Source: a virus
Lineage: Duplodnaviria > Caudoviricetes
Direction: 5' to 3' (one strand)
IMG/VR virus record: IMGVR_UViG_3300012973_000013
Coordinates: 3,295 to 67,294 of that record
Length of the DNA stretch: 64,000 nucleotides
This document shows positions 60,504 through 64,000 of the stretch, piece after piece; position 1 is the stretch's first letter; every line of letters starts with the position of its first letter. A program made the translations under genes and the position numbers. Below the pieces are notes generated by a model, which had not been told where the DNA came from, made no database searches, and was given only the letters and a program-made list of their open reading frames with translations.

Positions 60504-61776
60504 TGGCATCATCCTCGGGTTCTGTCGGCTCGGCATCGCCCGTCGGAACCGGCGCCACCGCCTGCGTTCCGAGTGGCACAGTCGCGCCCTGCACGTAGAG
60601 GCGGTTCGCCTCCGGCCCGTACTGCGGCCAGTTTTCCATTCGACGGATTTCGTTCGGCGTGTTGATGCCGTTCTGCACCGCTGCCGCGTAACCCTCGAAC
60701 CGCGTCTTGAAGTCGCCGCGAAGCAGCCCGTCGACATTGAACTCGACGAAGTTCTTCCGATTGCGAGCCGAAAACAGCTTGAGGTTCAGTTCCTGCTCCC
60801 ACGCCTCGACCCACTGAGTCAGCGTGTGCTTGACGAAGTGCAGATCCTGTTGCTCGGTATTCGAGAACGTCCCGTGCGTCAGATCCTGCAGGAACACCGG
60901 AGGCAGGTTGTAGGCGCGCGCGATTTCCTCGATCTGGAAGCGCCGGGCGCTCTCCATCTGCGATTTTTCAGGGTCGATGCCGACTGGCTTCAGCTCGTGC
61001 CCTGCCGGCATGATCAGGACGTTCCGACGCTCCTCGTTGGCGTCTCGGATCGCCTTGGTGATGTCTGCCGACACCCTCGGCGCGGCTCCCGACGATGGCA
61101 TGGCGCCTTGCAGCACCAGCGGCGGAACGCCTCCGTTCGCAAAGAACCGCTGCGCGTAGTTTTCGAGAGCAACCGACAGGCCGATCGCCCCGCGCATCTG
61201 GTGAACCGGGTTGACGTGACTGACGCCGTCCGACTGCAGCATGTACGGGAGATCGATCACCTCGCTCGCTGCGTAAACGACCTCGCGCTTACCGTCCCGG
61301 TACCGGTAGAGCTTCCGACCTTCCTTGCGCTCGATCGTCGTCTTGTCGGTTTCGAGCGGCCACAGGTTCATCACCCGGCCGGCCTTGTTCCGCTCGATGA
61401 ACGCCAGCCCTCGCCCGCGGACGAGAATGTTGACCATCAGGTGCTTGCGGAACGCGAACGACGTCCACTCCGGGTTCGGGCTGTCGTGCAGAAGGTAGTA
61501 GAGCGGGTCACGATCGGCCGTCTCGTGCCCGTCCGTCGACCGCGCGAATAGCTGCAGCGGCAGTGAGGCGATGGTGCCGGAGAGGAAGTTCACCGCACAG
61601 CGACCCGCCGGCACCTCCATCAGCGTTTCCGCCGTGACGTTCACGGTTGCGACGCTGTTCCACTCGCCCACCATTTGATGCCACGACGTGACGTCGGACA
61701 GCGGAACCGAGGGGTTTTCGAGCGACCGCGTCTCCGCCGTCTCGTCTCGGCGGTTTCGACGCAGCCATTCGAACAT
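60490..61776 (-). CDS. HK97-family portal protein
   Basis: LLHDSPNPEWTS...EEIARAYNLPP...TFSNTEQQ...TPNEIRRMEN. Confidence 0.95.
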   Translation of the reverse strand: MFEWLRRNRRDETAETRSLENPSVPLSDVTSWHQMVGEWNSVATVNVTAETLMEVPAGRCAVNFLSGTIASLPLQLFARSTDGHETADRDPLYYLLHDSPNPEWTSFAFRKHLMVNILVRGRGLAFIERNKAGRVMNLWPLETDKTTIERKEGRKLYRYRDGKREVVYAASEVIDLPYMLQSDGVSHVNPVHQMRGAIGLSVALENYAQRFFANGGVPPLVLQGAMPSSGAAPRVSADITKAIRDANEERRNVLIMPAGHELKPVGIDPEKSQMESARRFQIEEIARAYNLPPVFLQDLTHGTFSNTEQQDLHFVKHTLTQWVEAWEQELNLKLFSARNRKNFVEFNVDGLLRGDFKTRFEGYAAAVQNGINTPNEIRRMENWPQYGPEANRLYVQGATVPLGTQAVAPVPTGDAEPTEPEDDANGEA

Positions 61777-63473
61777 CACAGTACCGCCAGGCTGAAGTTG
61801 GGGTCTTCCCAAGGGGAGATGCTTGGCGCGTTACCGACCATCATCCGCCCCATCGCCATGATCAGGGCCACCGGGCCGTCGATCTTGTTCTCGTGCCGCT
61901 CTTTCCGCGGGTACACGTTGTCCTTGGACAGGTCCGGCTTCGCGACGACGTTTGAGAGCATCCAAGTCATGGCCTCGTCGCCGTCGTGTGCGATCTTCCG
62001 TGCGCGGATCAGCGCCTCGACCTCTTTCATCGGCTCCGACATCGTTAGAACGGTCTGCCGGTACTCGACGCACGGCACCCCGGCGCCCTGCAGCTCGGTC
62101 ACCAGCATGGTCGCCTGAAACGGGTCGTAGGCGACCTCATCGACCTGCACGCCGTGGACCGAGCCGAGCGCCAGAAGGTCGTCGCGGATCTGCCCGAAGT
62201 CGATCATGTCGCCGTCGGTTACCGTGAGCAGCTTCTTGCGCTCCCATGCCTGGTAGTGCTCGTTCTCGCCGAGTTCCACCGTCTTCTCCGGCAGATACCA
62301 GCGGCCGAACATGGCAAACCCGCCGCCTGGCCTGCGGAACAGCAAGACCATCGCCGCTATGTCGACCTTCGATGCGAGATCAAGCCCCACAATGCAGGAC
62401 TGGCCGCGAAAATCCTCCAGCCTCAGACCGGGAACCGCGCTCTCCTGCCAGCGCTGGATGTTGAAGTATGCCTCCCGAGCCTGTACCCACTCGTTGAGGT
62501 GCTTCGTCTTGAACGCCGAGACCTTGCGGGCGTTGTTGATCGCGTCCCGCTGCATCGCGCGAAGGAAGTCAGCCTTCACCGAAACGTCGAAGTTCGGGTT
62601 GGCCTTCCTCAGTGCCGCCTCAGCGGTCCAGTCGTCCTCCGGGTCGATCCCGTACATCAGCGCGAAAACGTCGTCTGCCGGGGCGATACCCTCCAGCATC
62701 CGCCGCGCTTCGATCACCGCCGCATAGCACGGGCTCGAAATGTTGCTGCCGGCCGTCGTGATGATCAGTTGCAGCGCCTGCTCACGGGCGCCCATGCCCG
62801 TTTCCATCGCGGAAACCTGATCGTCCGTTTCGTGCTCGTGGTACTCATCATGGATCGAGCAGTGCGGGGACGAGCCATCGCCCGGCTTGCCGATCAGAGG
62901 TTCAAACCTGCTTTCGTTCGCGAGGATGTGGATGTTGCTCGCGTTGACCTGGATACCGGCAGCCGCGACAAGCTGCGGTGAACGCAGCGCCATGATGCGG
63001 GCCGGACGGAAGACCTCCCATGCCTGCTTTTCACTCGTGGCGCCGGAATAGACCTCGGCACCGTGCTCGCCGTCCATCGATAGCATGTAGAGCCCGACGC
63101 CGGCCGCCCAGATGCTCTTGCCGTTCTTCCTCGGCTCCAGAATGAGCGCCTTGCGAAACCGCCGGTAGCCATCCCGCTTCTTCACCCACCCGAACAGGCA
63201 CGCCGTCTTGAAGCACTGCCACGGCTCCAGCCGGATCCGCTCGCCCTTCGAAGCCCACTTGCCCTTCGTGTGCGGCAGTAGCTCCAGAAACCGGCACACC
63301 CTCTCTGCCTTGTCGGCATCGAAGCGGTATGGATAGTCCTTCGCCTTCTGCCGCGCGAGATCGTCGAGATGCCGCTGGCACGCCAGTCGGACCCATTTCC
63401 CCGCCGGAATCTTTCCCGCCGTCACGTCGCGGCAATATCGTTCGGCCGCTGCGACGTGCGGGTGCTTTGCCAT
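61776..63473 (-). CDS. terL: Terminase large subunit
   Basis: RLEPWQ; PRKNGKS Walker A; DEYHE; GLDLAS; KIDGPVA. Confidence 0.97.
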   Translation of the reverse strand: MAKHPHVAAAERYCRDVTAGKIPAGKWVRLACQRHLDDLARQKAKDYPYRFDADKAERVCRFLELLPHTKGKWASKGERIRLEPWQCFKTACLFGWVKKRDGYRRFRKALILEPRKNGKSIWAAGVGLYMLSMDGEHGAEVYSGATSEKQAWEVFRPARIMALRSPQLVAAAGIQVNASNIHILANESRFEPLIGKPGDGSSPHCSIHDEYHEHETDDQVSAMETGMGAREQALQLIITTAGSNISSPCYAAVIEARRMLEGIAPADDVFALMYGIDPEDDWTAEAALRKANPNFDVSVKADFLRAMQRDAINNARKVSAFKTKHLNEWVQAREAYFNIQRWQESAVPGLRLEDFRGQSCIVGLDLASKVDIAAMVLLFRRPGGGFAMFGRWYLPEKTVELGENEHYQAWERKKLLTVTDGDMIDFGQIRDDLLALGSVHGVQVDEVAYDPFQATMLVTELQGAGVPCVEYRQTVLTMSEPMKEVEALIRARKIAHDGDEAMTWMLSNVVAKPDLSKDNVYPRKERHENKIDGPVALIMAMGRMMVGNAPSISPWEDPNFSLAVL

Positions 63474-63476
63474 CGA

Positions 63477-63962
63477 CTACCCCATCAGAGCGGCGAAGGG
63501 GTTCGTCTCCTGCTGCTTGGTAGCGGAAACCTTCGACCGTGCGGCCGGCGTCAACCCCAGCTCTGACAGCAGCGAGTGCGCGTGCCGCATCGCCTCCGAT
63601 CGCTGCGCGACAACCGGATGACCGCGGATCATCTGCTTGACGACCCGGCCCTCGCCGTCGAACTCCTGCGACGTGATATAGGTCCGACCACCATCCTCGA
63701 CCATCGCAGTCGTAATCTCGACCTCCTCGAGCCGGGAGGCGCACTGCGCGAGAATGTCCCCGTCTGCCGTCGACAGGTAACCCATGCCCTCGATAAGGTC
63801 GCACAGCCCCACGTAGATCGCCGCCGCACGGGACGACAACCAAGCCGGTGCGACCGGCCTTCCCGCCGGCGCATCAGGTTCGTTCGGGTTGGCACGAGAC
63901 GGCCGCTCAGTCCCCGCGACGACCTTCAGTTTCGTAGGTTTGCGAGGGCGTCCTGCCGGCAT
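63477..63962 (-). CDS. terS: Terminase small subunit (P27-like)
   Basis: GRPRKPTKLK..GT...P.WL...ELGLTPAARSK. Confidence 0.93.
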   Translation of the reverse strand: MPAGRPRKPTKLKVVAGTERPSRANPNEPDAPAGRPVAPAWLSSRAAAIYVGLCDLIEGMGYLSTADGDILAQCASRLEEVEITTAMVEDGGRTYITSQEFDGEGRVVKQMIRGHPVVAQRSEAMRHAHSLLSELGLTPAARSKVSATKQQETNPFAALMG

Positions 63963-64000
63963 CAGATTTCGTCCCGATTATGGCTGCGCAGGATTTTGAC

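Larger units (their letters stand above)
1..64000. mobile_element. Temperate siphophage genome (HK97-like head, long non-contractile tail), near complete, likely alphaproteobacterial host
   Basis: Continuous phage gene content across the window: terminase, portal, protease, capsid, tail, lysis, cI/cro, integrase, replication. No host housekeeping genes. Confidence 0.95.

Noticed and set aside
63963-64000. cos packaging site
   Set aside because: Expected upstream of a P27-type terS, but only 38 bp are visible, which is insufficient.

Overview
The whole window is a high-GC temperate siphophage genome with an HK97-type head; no host genes were seen. GcrA-, GapR- and RcGTA-spike-like genes point to an alphaproteobacterial host, probably Hyphomicrobiales (inference). 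Left to right: (i) a cro-side operon on the minus strand (1-11559) with a DUF1376-type initiator, an HNH nuclease, DnaB, GcrA, an unusual MotA/ExbB-like + ExbD-like + ATP-grasp + membrane-protein module, a DNA methyltransferase, GapR and VRR-NUC; (ii) a cro/cI switch with two matched promoters and four 15-bp operators; (iii) an early operon on the plus strand (12512-23785) with Bet/SSB recombination genes, an HD-MazG fusion, excisionase and integrase; (iv) an apparently unsplit attP carrying the 3' half of tRNA-Arg(UCU), with arm-type repeats on both sides, so the sequence looks excised or virion-derived; (v) an array of small genes with repeated junctions (23994-29193); (vi) a 3.9-kb IS1595-family (ISNha5-like) element with passenger genes; (vii) the late operon on the minus strand (33399-63962): nucleotide-processing genes, a lysis cassette whose endolysin has a homing-endonuclease intein inserted at the catalytic Cys, then tail, head and terminase genes. 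The most notable items are the intein-gated endolysin and the phage-borne proton-channel-like module. Family names come from motif recognition only; no database searches were run.
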